DNA from: Octopus sinensis | Lineage: Eukaryota | Reading direction: 5' to 3' | Length of the DNA stretch: 64,000 nt | NCBI RefSeq assembly: GCF_006345805.1 | Contig: NC_042997.1 | Location: 24,180,001 to 24,244,000 of the forward strand | Part shown: one piece after another, positions 52,010 to 64,000 of the stretch | Layout: the number at the start of each line of letters is the position of its first letter | Numbering within the stretch: the stretch's first letter is position 1 | Notes under the pieces: model-generated | Database searches by the model: none | What the model saw: the letters and a program-made list of their open reading frames with translations, nothing else | Told to the model about the DNA's origin: nothing | Translations under genes and position numbers: made by a program

Positions 52010-52565
52010 TAATGAGAAAGCAGTGCATGCCATCAAAGTGACACTGGGGTAAAATATACGAAGCCCAGTATACGCAGCATGACTACCCTTCTGATAAGGG
52101 TACACTAGGCACATGCATCACAACCATATGTGCGCGACATGGTGATCTCATATCAAGATAAACAGCACATGACATTGCAGGTGGGGCCCAGTTAGCATTT
52201 TCTTTTGGTCGAGAAGCCAATCCCGCTAAAAAGATCCCTCAATAAGGATTATTTAAAGATGTTGAATGAACCACCCATGTTTCCAAAGGTGAATTATCCA
52301 AACCTCTAAGAATTCCTTTCAACACACGGTTATAAGGCTCCCTCAATTCTTCTGCTCATGATCAGAGATGCACATATTGTCAACCACTAAGGGACATGGT
52401 CAACTGGTTATGGTCAAACAACTGACAAGCAAATCTGCGGTATTGAGTAGAATATTTGCTGTAGCCCATCTTTTATACCAAGACAAAACAATGTACATGA
52501 TAACACTTCCAATCAGTTAAGATCAGAAGCCATGAGAGCCACTGCCTGGTACTGCATCAGGGCAT
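52010..52565. mobile_element. TAA-flanked interspersed repeat; partial second copy at 58505-58637
   Basis: aaacaactgacaagcaaatctg...gaagccatgagagccactg is present at both loci and bounded by (ATT)n. Confidence 0.55.
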
Positions 52566-52584
52566 ATTATTATTATCATTATTA

Positions 52585-52644
<60 letters not shown>

Positions 52645-52660
52645 TATTATTATTATTATT

Positions 52661-53040
52661 CAGTAGTTTTATTTTTATAGCGTGCTTTCACTTCACTACC
52701 GAGCGCAGCTCTGTGTGCCTTAGGTATGTGCTGTGATTTGTTGTGATGCTCTGATGGTTATTGTATGGAAAGTGTTCTGCGTAGGATGTGTGCAGTGCCT
52801 AGTAGTGTAATTTTCTGTATGTTATATGTGTTTGTAAGTCCTGGTGTTTTTGTTATGTATTTGTCTGAATATTTTTTTATCATGCCTAATGCACCTACTA
52901 TGATAGGAATTGTTTCTGTTTTTAGATTCCACATCCTGGTTACCTCTATTTCCAGGTCTTTGTATTTTGAAAGTTTCTCCATTTCTTTTAGAGACACGTT
53001 GTCATCTGCCGGTATTGATACATCAATTAGAAAGCATTTT
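52661..53040 (-). mobile_element. R4/Dong-like non-LTR retrotransposon 3' end in a (TAA)n array
   Basis: CFLIDVSIPADDNVSLKEMEKLSKYKDL...IPIIVGALG...LLGTAHILR (restriction-like endonuclease domain); (TAA)n on both sides. Confidence 0.85.
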
Positions 53041-53048
53041 TTAAAAAA

Positions 53049-53103
<55 letters not shown>

Positions 53104-53463
53104 TTTACTTTTCAAAGCTCTCGATCTGCTTCGGTGGATTCTATGAGTGCAGACTACAACCTGTTATCAAATATCTCTTTGGGTTTCTCGGGGATCTCTT
53201 TCCAGAATTATAAGACTTGGTACCTAATTGTTAAACATCGCTAAAATAATGTAAGAATAACATGGTATTCACAAGCGCGTGCACACTTCATATATGTTTC
53301 TAACTCCTTTCTGACATTCACTTGGTCTTGTTTAAAAGAGGCAGTAGTAAAAAGCTTTTTGCCCCGTGTATCGTTGTGTGAATATATCTGAAACTACGAG
53401 GATACGAAGCAAATTTCTTAATCACCAAACCAGGCCTCTGTATGTGTTCGCGCGCACACACAC

Positions 53464-53495
<32 letters not shown>

Positions 53496-53773
53496 AATTG
53501 TTTGTGTTACAACCTAAGGTCACGCCGGGTGTCCTTATATGTTAAATCAGAATTTTACTTTTCACACTTGCCCTTTCATTTTCTTGTCCCATATCGCAGC
53601 CGCAAATATCTTATAACATACCGGAATAATTGTTGAGCACTAATGGCAAAAAATACGCCAATAAATTTCGTGCACCATGAGATGTATACATTTTATATAC
53701 CAAGCGCACGTGTATATATATATATATGCGCATGTGTATATATATATGCGCACGTGTATATATATATATTTAA

Positions 53774-54003
53774 GGCGGCGAGCTGGCAGAAACGTTAGCA
53801 CGCTGGGCGAAATGCGTAGCCGTATTTCGTCTGTCGTTACGTTGTGAGTTCAAATTCCGCCGAGGTCGACTTTGCCTTTCATCCTTTCGGGGTCGATAAA
53901 TTAAGTACTAGTTACGCACTGGGGTCGATATAATAGACTTAATCCCTTTGTCTGTCTTTGTTTGTCCCCTCTGTGTTTAGCCCCTTGTGGGTAGTAAAGA
54001 AAT
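53774..54003 (+). mobile_element. SINE family C
   Basis: Full-length copy. Confidence 0.85.
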
Positions 54004-56119
54004 ATATATGCGTGCGTGCATGTGTGTGTTGTGTGTAAGTGAGTGTGTGTGTGTTCGTGCGTGCGTGTGTGTGTGTGTGTGTGTGTGTGCGTGCGTGCGT
54101 GTGTGTGCGTGCGTGCGTGTGTGTATTTATATATGAATCTACAACTTTTGTGCTGCTTTTTTTCTCTTTCTCTTTATCTCTTGCATTCCTCGCATCGTAA
54201 CACTGATTTTCTTTTTCTGCAAACACCTTTACCGCTTCATCTCTATTTTCACAAATATCTCACCCTCACCCCTTCATATTCATCTCTTACACACATATTC
54301 ACTCTGCAGCCTCTCTCTCTCTCTCTCCCTCTTTTAGCTTTCCGATAAAATTCTTCTTTTATTCTTATTCAACTTTACTCGCTCCTTGCCATTTCTAACG
54401 TCTCTTCTCTGAATCCCATCGAGTTCCTTTCCTTTCAACACGTTATCTCATTTCCCTCTTTCTGTCTTACTCTTTTCCTATCTCTCTTCTTCACTCGGTA
54501 GCTGAAACCATTTTTTCTTCATTTTTTTTCCCTTTCCTGTACGATTGGAATGTCCTCAACACTGGATGTAATATTCATTCTAAAATAAAATGAAATAAAT
54601 AAAAACAAATGAAAAAGCAAAAAAAAAAGAAAAAAAGAAAAAAAAGCACTAGCAAAAAAAAAAAACGTGAAAAACTACTTAAAACAAGCTTTACTGCTCC
54701 TGTGAATTTCATGCACAATTAGAATCTTCTGAGAGTAATTTGAAAGGCGGTGTGGACTAACAGGCTGATGGTAGTTACCCATCCTCTACATGATAACCAT
54801 TTAACGACATCATGAGCTCAATCAATCTTAACAGTCTTGAAACAATTAAAACTCCTGAATCGAGGAGGCTGGCTACTATTGCATCTACTACTACTACTGA
54901 TGATGTTGATGTTGTTGTTGGTGGTGGTGCTGCTGCTGCTGTTGCTCTTACTACTCTTCATGTCAAACGCTTTTATACATGTGTTTCTTTTGGCTAAGTG
55001 AAAGGCTTTATAAATTTTTTTTCTTTTCTGTAATATGAGAAGCTGCGATGCCTGTTCATTTCTCAAGTGAATCTATGCTAAATTGCCTGGAATCCAGGCA
55101 ATGATGCAGCCTTGACTGAACAAGATTATTTTCAAAAAAATTCCTGGCAAAATCATAGAATAGCTTCTGGGACAATGTCGTGATAGATGTCCTTGTTCAA
55201 GACGATGCAGCTTAATGCGAAAGCGCAATTTTAACAGGTCGAGCAACAATATCAAACTCTCTTAAAGGTTCCTATTGCATACGGATATCATTTAACCCCA
55301 TCTATTACTGAGATCTCCCTAAATGAATTACTACAACAGGGTACAAGTTGTGTATACGGACAGTAATATTGCTATACGAGCATACATTTAATATCCTTAT
55401 ATCATAACCACTTTGCTATTAGAAAGACTTCTCTGGCGATCAATCTCTAGCAAATGACATCTCTAAAAAATGCTTCATGTGACTTAGCTTTCCATGTCAT
55501 AACTGAGATTAATGCTTAAACCCTCAAGCACTTTCTGCGAATGTTTTCTGTGGATACTTATCACCTGTTTTACTTCCAATTATTATTCCAAAGAATTTTA
55601 ACCGAGATATCACATACAATTCTAACAGTCTGTGATCGGTTTCAAAGTATATAAAAATTACATTCTCCAAACACGGTACCATTTTTAAGATGTAAACTTA
55701 AAAGAAATTCCGTTATTTTTATGTCTTGTTCGTCAGCGTAAGGAGCGCTGAATTAACCATTAAGGTAGAATAAACAAGTGCTTAGGACATCAGGTATAGT
55801 AGTAGAGGACAACCAATGAAATAGTAAATGGTTTACTGCACAAAAGAAATCACTTCAAACTTCCTAAAATATTTGAAGAGGTTTATATGATTGGAAATAT
55901 AATCTCGAAGTGTTCATGATGCCATAGTAAGGATCTGATCAAAGATTTTAGAATTAAAAGTAGACGGAAACTTTTTTCATATATAAATAATGTGGAAGCA
56001 TGCAAAAATAAACATAATTTTCCATCTTACGGGTATTTTTCTTTCATTTTGAAAGCTAAATATATATTTTATAGTTTATTAATGTTAATAATTTGAGTTA
56101 CATATATATATGGGAGTGG

Positions 56120-56456
56120 TGGGAGACCCCCTTCGGTCATGAATGACCATGGGATTGCACCTAGAATGTTACCCTCCGAGGTACAAGTCCGTGCAAGGTT
56201 GTTTAATCAAGGCCAGCAGTCGCCCGTGCATACCAGCCTCCTCTCTCCACACTACTGATATTATCCAAGGGAAAGCAAAGGCCGATACAGCTTGGCACCA
56301 GTGATGTCGCAACTAATTTCTACAGCTGAGTTAACTGGAGCAACGTGTAATAAAATGTCTTGCTCAAGAATACAGTACGTAGCCCGGTCCGGAAATCGAA
56401 CTCATAACCTCACGATCGTAAGCTCGGCGCTCTAACCACTAAGCCATGCGCCTCCA
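56120..56456 (-). mobile_element. SINE family D
   Basis: Reverse copy with the same head, body and tail as 38497-38815. Confidence 0.75.
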
Positions 56457-57097
56457 TACACACGCACACACACACACACACACACACTCACACACACATA
56501 CATACACACACACATACATATGTATATATAGGAATACCAAAATCTTTTAGGTACTTAGGGCCTCTATGTGCATTAACCCGGCCCTGAGCGTAATGCTGTT
56601 GCTCCATTTATTGTAATCTAGTGTAGTTAGGTAGTTCAGTTGTTTTTGTCCATGTCAATCAGGTTTTTTCAAGAATTATGATCAAAGTATTCCATCCGTG
56701 ACCAACACAACTTTGCTATGTATGAGAAGCCGCACGCTATTGCATTCACTGGTAGGTTATGTTAGTGTGTGGTATGCAACATTATTATTTCTGCCAAAAA
56801 TATGCCAGCGGCCAATTAATGTTTAGGTCGGAAATTCCGCTTATCATATTTCATAAAAAAATTTTTTTCTTTTAGTTTTAGGATGCATATTTTCTTAGGC
56901 TCACGCGCAAAAAAAAATATGTGGTCTGATTTTTTTGTTTTTCTTTTTACTTTTTAATCAGAAAGGAGTGTTTAAGCGAAATTTGTTTCCTACAGTGTAC
57001 GCCAGATGCATCTCCGGAAAAAAAAAAAGTGGTTTAACGTAAAGACTTCCCTTCAAAATTACTGTATTTGTACCTAAAGTATTATTTTTATTAAGAA

Positions 57098-57329
57098 GGC
57101 GGCGAGCTGGCAAAAACGTTAGCACGCCTGGCGAAATGCTTTATGGTATTTCGTACGTCGCTGCGTTCTGAGTTCAAATTCCGCCGAGGTCGACTTTGCT
57201 TTTCATCCTTTCGGGGTCGATTAAATATGTACCAGTTACGCACTGGGGTCGATAAAATCGACTTAATCCGTCTGTCTGTCCCTGTTTGTCCCCTCTGTGT
57301 GTAGCCCCTTGTGGGCAGTAAAGAAATAG
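57098..57329 (+). mobile_element. SINE family C
   Basis: Full-length copy followed by a partial copy at 57340-57480. Confidence 0.85.
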
Positions 57330-57494
57330 GTATTTCATGTCTTTACACTCTGAGTTGAAATTCCGCCGAGGTCGACTTTTCTTTTCATCATTTCGGGGTC
57401 GATAAATTAAGTATCAGCTCAGTACTTGGGTTGATGTGATCGAATATCCCCTTACATTGTGCCTCTAGGAGAAAGGATTATTATTATTATTATT

Positions 57495-57813
57495 CAGTAA
57501 TTTTATTTTTATAGCGTGCTTTCACTTCACTAACGAGCGCAGCTCTGTGTGCCTTGGGTATGTGCTGTGATTTGTTGTGATGCTCTGATGGTTATTGTAT
57601 GGAAAGTGTTCTGCGTAGGATGTGTGCAGTGCCTAGTAGTGCAATTTTCTGTATGTTATATGTGTTTGTAAGTCCTGGTGTTTTTGTTATGTATTTGTCT
57701 GAATATTTTTTTATCATGCCTAATGCACCTATGATAGGAATTGTTTCTGTTTTTAGATTCCACATTCTGGTTACCTCTATTTCCAGGTCTTTGTATTTTG
57801 AGAGTTTCTCCAT
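57495..57813 (-). mobile_element. R4/Dong-like 3' end, second copy
   Basis: Near-identical to 52661-52980; (TAA)n on both sides. Confidence 0.85.
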
Positions 57814-57831
57814 TTATTATTATTATTATTA

Positions 57832-57921
<90 letters not shown>

Positions 57922-58634
57922 GTTGTCACCGCCACCACACCACCATCATTAATATTATTTCTATTTCAAAACTGATTTTTTTTATCTCACTACTATGATG
58001 GAATTTGATGGGTTTACTCTCAGATAACAGTTCACCACCTGTGCGCTCATCCATCTAAGGAATTCGAATTATCTTCACCAAAGTGGTGAGCTCGCAAAAT
58101 CTCTACAACTCCTGGACAAGTTGGTTAGCGGCAAACCTGTTTTACCTACTTAGTTCGAATTTCGCCAAAGCCGATTTGCCTTTCATCACTTCGAGGTTGA
58201 TAAAATAAGTACCAGTTACACACTGGTGTCGGTGTCATCAACTTATCCCTCCCCAAAAAGTTTAGGCCTTCTGACGATAGTATAAAGGATTATTACTATT
58301 ATTATTATTATTATAAAGGATTATTACTACTGCATGCTAATTAACTTAGCAGGTATTTTATCTTGAAGTTTGGTGACTTCAGCTGTCCTCAGATTTGAAG
58401 AATCTTCCTTAGGTTTCTTGAAGAATATAGGATGGTACTTTTCTACTGGTAAACAATTCGACTTTCAATTCCCATTTCTTTCGGTCTTTTAGATATCACA
58501 ATACTTAAAACAACTGACAAGCAAATCTGTGGTATTGAGCAGAATATTTGCTGTAGTCCATCTTTTATACCAAGACAAAACAATGTACATGATAACACTT
58601 CCAATCAGTTAAGATCAGAAGCCATGAGAGCCAC

Positions 58635-58670
<36 letters not shown>

Positions 58671-58689
58671 GATTATTATTATTATTTGC

Positions 58690-59490
58690 TTTTAATCTGC
58701 ATCTTTATTACAGTCACTCACCGAGACACACCCAGCATCCTGGGGCGAGTGAAGTGTAAGAGATGTTACAGTTTGAAAGCTTGGGGAGGGCAAGTGAACG
58801 GGCAGTAGCGAAATATCTTCATGTATTACAACACAGACATTTAAATGGATAAGGTTTTTCTAAGGATGTGAGCACAATCTTTTGGATTTCTCTGGGATAT
58901 GATTCTCCTGGGATCTTATCTAGATGTTTCTGGCATCCCATTTTCATCATACCTAGGGTACCTACAATGATGGGAAGAGTGCTCGCTTTAAGATTCCACA
59001 TCTTTTGTATTTCAACGTCCAGGTCCTTATATTTACTTAATATGTCAAATTCCTTTACAGATATATTTTTTGCAGTAGGAACACTAACATCTATTAGTCT
59101 ACAACTGTTTTCTTCCCTGTGTTTAATAATTATGTATGGTTAATTCGCCTGGATCGTTCTGTCAGTGTTGACTGAAAAATCCAGGAGGACAGTGATATTT
59201 TTACGTTCAACGACTGGCTTGGAGTGATGCTCATACTAGTAAGCAAGAGCGCTAATTTTGTAGTGTTTACATATTTTCCAATGTTAATACTATCCTACAC
59301 TATCGTGGCGATTTTCATATTCGTTCGGTGTCAGCACTGGACATCCCGAGACGAGATGGTTTATTGTTTCGTCAAATGTGTCGCAGAGTCTGCATTTAGG
59401 GTTGGAACCGTTTTGAAAACGTTAGCCTGGTAGTTATTTGTAAGCAAGTATTGATCCTGTGCCGCCAGTATGAAACCTTCGGTCACAAAA
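58690..59490 (-). mobile_element. Divergent R4/Dong-like element: CCHC finger plus RLE domain
   Basis: EGFILAAQDQ...CRLCDTFDETINHLVSGC...DRTIQAN*PYIIIK...LIDVSVP...LSKYKDL; the 3' end abuts (TAA)n. Confidence 0.8.
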
Positions 59491-60118
59491 TAGTGGAACG
59501 AGTTGATGAACAAGTTGGACAATCTTACTCAGAAATAGATCTAGCAAAAATGACTGCTGGATGGCAAAGTTATGAGAGCGGGCAAATACATTGCTTTCTT
59601 CCTATATTATCACCTGACCATCGCACCTTGTGTCAGTTGAAGTCTTATCAAACTGGAGAGCCTACTCATCCGCTTCCTGTGGGGCGGGGGACTCGTTCCA
59701 CTTGTCACACGGTCTATTTATTGTTAACGCCTCATGAGTGTTGGAAGTTACGGGCATGCTGTGGCTAATGACACGCAGAGATACTGTAGAGGCTGCACTA
59801 TTTCTTTGAAGGTGAATATGTGTGGTCATCCTCTATTATATCTAAAATCAATGTCTTTATTTGACATACTTGTTGAAACATTTTCAGAGGTTCTTTCAAA
59901 TCAACTTTATTCTCTTTCCGTTGCTATTAATCCCCACTCTTTCTCTCTCGTTCTCACTCACTCGCTCTCTGCTTCTCTCTTTCTCTCTCTCACTCATACT
60001 CTGTCTCTGCTATTCGTTTTCCCCATGTGGGTCGCTTTAATTCCGTTTCGTATTTATAGATACCCATATAAATACGCACACTCAACTAGCCAGCTATAAG
60101 CATTTTAGAGAATATTTG

Positions 60119-60171
<53 letters not shown>

Positions 60172-61404
60172 AGAACGCAAATATCTGGCTATTTAACTAC
60201 GATCTGGCGCTTTGAAAAGTGTCAGCTTTCGACCACTCTATTCCATTGCCGGCATTATGACTAATCTGCGTCATTCGATTCGTAGAAGCGAAACGGCCAC
60301 CCATAGAGAGTCGCCAGAAGCACCAAAAGTGGTGACTGTGCCAAGAGAATTTCTCTGTTGGATATAGGAAGAATGGCCCCACTAACTTTGTTGTAAAAGA
60401 AGTCAAATCTTTTGACATTATTCTAAGGAAACTTACCGTGTCTTCTGCTGTCTACTGGGACCAGCGAAGTTTCATATGATATGCGTGTGTGTGTGTGTGT
60501 GTACGCGCGTGCGCATGCGTGTGTGTGCGAGTGTGAATGAGCGAGCATGCGTGTCTGTGTGGCAACATACGTGTACGCGTGTGTTGTGTGTGTGCTTGTA
60601 CGAGTCTGTATTACGTATTACATATGTATCTATGAATATATATATATGGATATATATGTATCTATATGCAGAAATGCTTGTGCGTGCGTTTGTAAGTGTG
60701 GTGTGAGTGTATGTTTGTATATGCGTGTTTGTATGTGTGTGTGTGTGTGTGTGCATTCGTGCGTGCGTGCGTAGAACCCTTAGTCCTCGGATAGAATGCT
60801 TTACGGTATCGCTTCCGGTTTCCTAATCACAGATTTCGAAACCTAGTATAGTCAGCTTTGACTTTCATTATTCCGGAATTTTTAAAGTACCACCAAGCAC
60901 CCCCATTTTTTAAATATATTTTTCGTCCTACCTCTCTTTGTCTCAATATGTCTTTCCTTGGATCGACTACATTACGCAATAGGGATCCCTTGTGCACTTT
61001 TGGAATACCTTCAAAATGTTCTTTCTTCAGGAATAGAGTAGAGATAAGGGTTGAGAGAATGGGTAGCGTTGGCTCCTCAAAAAAGCAAATTTGCAGTTGC
61101 AAAGCGTCCAAAGTGGAGCAGCGCGGCTTTAGCGTACGAAAAAGAAAAGAGAAAATAGCAATAATAATAATAATACGTCTTTCTACTATAGGCACAAGGC
61201 CGGAAATTTAGGTTAGGGGACTAGCCGATTTCATTGACCCAGAGTTTCACTGGTACTTCATTTATCGACCCAGAAATGATGAAAACAAAGTCGACCTGGG
61301 CTGAATTCCAACTCAGAACGTAGCGACAGACGAAATATAGCTATGCATATCGCCCAGCGTGGTAACGATTCTGCCACATAACCACCTGAATAATAATAAT
61401 AATA

Positions 61405-61441
<37 letters not shown>

Positions 61442-61529
61442 TAATAATAATAATAATAATAATAATGATGATAATAATAATAATAAAATAATAATAATAA
61501 TAATAATAATAAATAATAATAATAATATA

Positions 61530-61613
<84 letters not shown>

Positions 61614-61908
61614 GTAATAATAATAATAATAATAATAGTAATAATAATAATAATAATAATAATTATAATAATTATAATAATAATAAAGATAATAATAATA
61701 ATAGCTTCGAATTTTTCCACAAGGACAGTAATTTTGGGGTAGAGGATGAGTTCAATGCGAATGAAGAAAGCTAGCTCATCAAATCACGAGAACGTCATGG
61801 TTACACCCATACTTCAACCCTACGAGCTGAATTCGTTAATTTCAGGAACAGGCTCTTCCGTTGATTGGATCAGCTGAAAATTCGTCGTCATAAACGAGGG
61901 TGTATCAG

Positions 61909-62004
<96 letters not shown>

Positions 62005-62257
62005 TTTTTGATAAGCAGCGCTGATCTTTTACAATTCTGTAAATAACAATAATAAAAATAATAGTATTTATAAGCTTAAAGCTTATAAGCGATCACTGTG
62101 TATGGACTAAAGAAAATAGTCTAATAATGGGGCATATTAGCCTTCGATGGTAAAAATTATGTTTTCCTGTACACATATGTAGGTGTGTGTGTATGTCTGT
62201 GTGTGAGCGTGCATGTGAGTTTATGTGTGTATAAACATACATATTTCTATATATATA

Positions 62258-62682
62258 CTCTTTACTCTCTTTTACTCTTTTACTTGTTTCAGTCATTTGA
62301 CTGCAGTCATGCTGGAGCACCCCCTTTAGTCGAACAAATCGACCCCGGGACTTATTCTTTGTAAGCCCAGTACTTATTCTATCGGTCTCTTTTGCCGAAC
62401 AGCAAAGTGACGGGGACGTAAATACACCAGCATCGGTTGTCAAGCAATGCTAGGGGGACAAACACACACACACAAACACACACACATACATGCATATATA
62501 TATATATATACATATATACGACAGGCTTCTTTCAGTTTCCGTCTACCAAATCCACTCACAAGGCATTGGTCGGCCCGGGGCTATAGCAGAAGACACTTGC
62601 CCAAGATGCCACGCAGTGGGACTGAACCTGGAACCATGTGGTTAGTTAGCAAGCTACTTACCACACAGCCACTCCTGCGCCT
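62258..62682 (-). mobile_element. SINE family A
   Basis: Full-length reverse copy. Confidence 0.85.
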
Positions 62683-64000
62683 ATATGTGGATATGGTTAA
62701 TGCAAATAATACATGTATATATAAATATCCTTTATATTTAAGCATATTGTTTAGTTTGTTTTGTTGCTAATTTTTTTAAAAATTTGAAATCGGTGTCAAT
62801 CAATATTACTGAAGAACGAATAAATAAACGTTCTTTTTAACCCAAGTTCGAAACCTCATTTTTTAATCCTCCATCAGATATCTGACTATCGTATTGTGCA
62901 ATACAAGACATATTCTAAATGTCTCGGAATTAACAATAGCCTTGAAACCGTATCTTTTCTTCAACTATTTCATTGCTATTATGCTTAATGGAGTGTTTAA
63001 AACTCATCCGAGAATCTTTCCGTCGTATTATGGTCTAAATAACAAGAGCAAAATTAACAACTATCATCATCATCACAGCAACAACAAAAATAGTACTAAT
63101 AAGAACAACGACAACAATAATAATGATAAAATATAAATATCGCTATAAATATTATTAAACAAAAATAAATACATCGGAAAAAGAAAATAACACAATAAAC
63201 CAAACAAAATCGTTCAGGAAAAAAAATAATAATAATAAATGTTACAAGCACGAACACAACAAAAATTAATCAAAAAAAAAAAAAAAATTCACAAAAAGAC
63301 CAATAATAATACGAAGGAAAAAAATAAAAACAAGAACTATTGATTGCCTCGGCATTTACTCGCTTTTATATAACAAATGCAGAATTAATTCAGTTTACCA
63401 CAAAACCAGCGTGTTTATCTGGACGCACTGATAAAACAGAAGTTATTTGGCGAATATATTAATGTCATTCTACATTAGCATTTGGCAATTGCGTTCGTCT
63501 CGCAGCAATTTCCAGACGAAACTTTTAAGGCAATATTCTTTGCTTGTCGTTGTTGATGATATTGTTCGTGTTCTTGTAGCATCTACTACGTGCTGCTGCT
63601 GATGCTGCTGTTGCATCTGCAGCTGCTTTAGCTGCTGCTGCTGCTCCTGCTGCTGCTGTTACTACTATTCCTAATGATGATGATGATGATGACAGTGATG
63701 GCGAGTCTCAGTATTGCTATTTTTTCTTTGTTGTTTAGTTTTTTTATATTTTTGTTTTGTTTCGTTTTAGTTGATTTTCCTTCGTGATTTTTTGGGATTT
63801 ATTCTTTTTTTTTATATTAATTTTATTTGTTTATTGTCTGTTTGTCTTTTATTATTATTATATATATTTTTTTTTTTGCATTTTTATCACTTTTATTGTT
63901 TTGGTTGTTGTTTTGTGTCGCTGTTCGTTTTTGCTGAAATACTTGTAGTTATTTTTCTTTTATTTTTAAGTATAGAATAAAATGAAAAATCGAAGAATTT

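Noticed and set aside
55330-55760. Possible hAT transposase remnant
   Set aside because: Only vague motif resemblance, with many stops; cannot be supported.
60827-61211. Overlapping 117-122-aa ORFs on both strands
   Set aside because: Both start or end in SINE/TAA sequence, with no homology or convincing splice structure.
63583-63720. Poly-Ala/Asp reading frame after a ttgtag acceptor
   Set aside because: It is explained by degenerate (GCT)n/(GAT)n microsatellites like those at 54885-54960; no good donor.

Overview
AT-rich, microsatellite-dense eukaryotic DNA. The repeat families suggest an octopus/cephalopod genome (inference). There is no complete host gene; the only candidate is a phase-compatible chain of short exons near 30.2-33.0 kb (+). 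The rest is transposon debris. It includes several tRNA-derived SINE families with shuffled domains, CR1, Tx1-like, RTE-like and R4/Dong-like LINE fragments, Penelope-like remnants including a GIY-YIG endonuclease, Tc1/maT transposons, MITEs and Helentron-type elements. The main observation is a tandem array of ~470-bp units at 10.63-13.65 kb. Every unit carries a type I hammerhead ribozyme motif (three intact, three with indels), and the array forms two divergent head-to-head arms bounded by (TA)n. This resembles a retrozyme or Penelope terminal-repeat array that could yield circular RNA. Further minimal hammerhead motifs occur at 9.2 kb (one with a compensatory U3-A8 core) and 14.8 kb. Most short ORFs in the supplied track are translations of microsatellites or SINEs.
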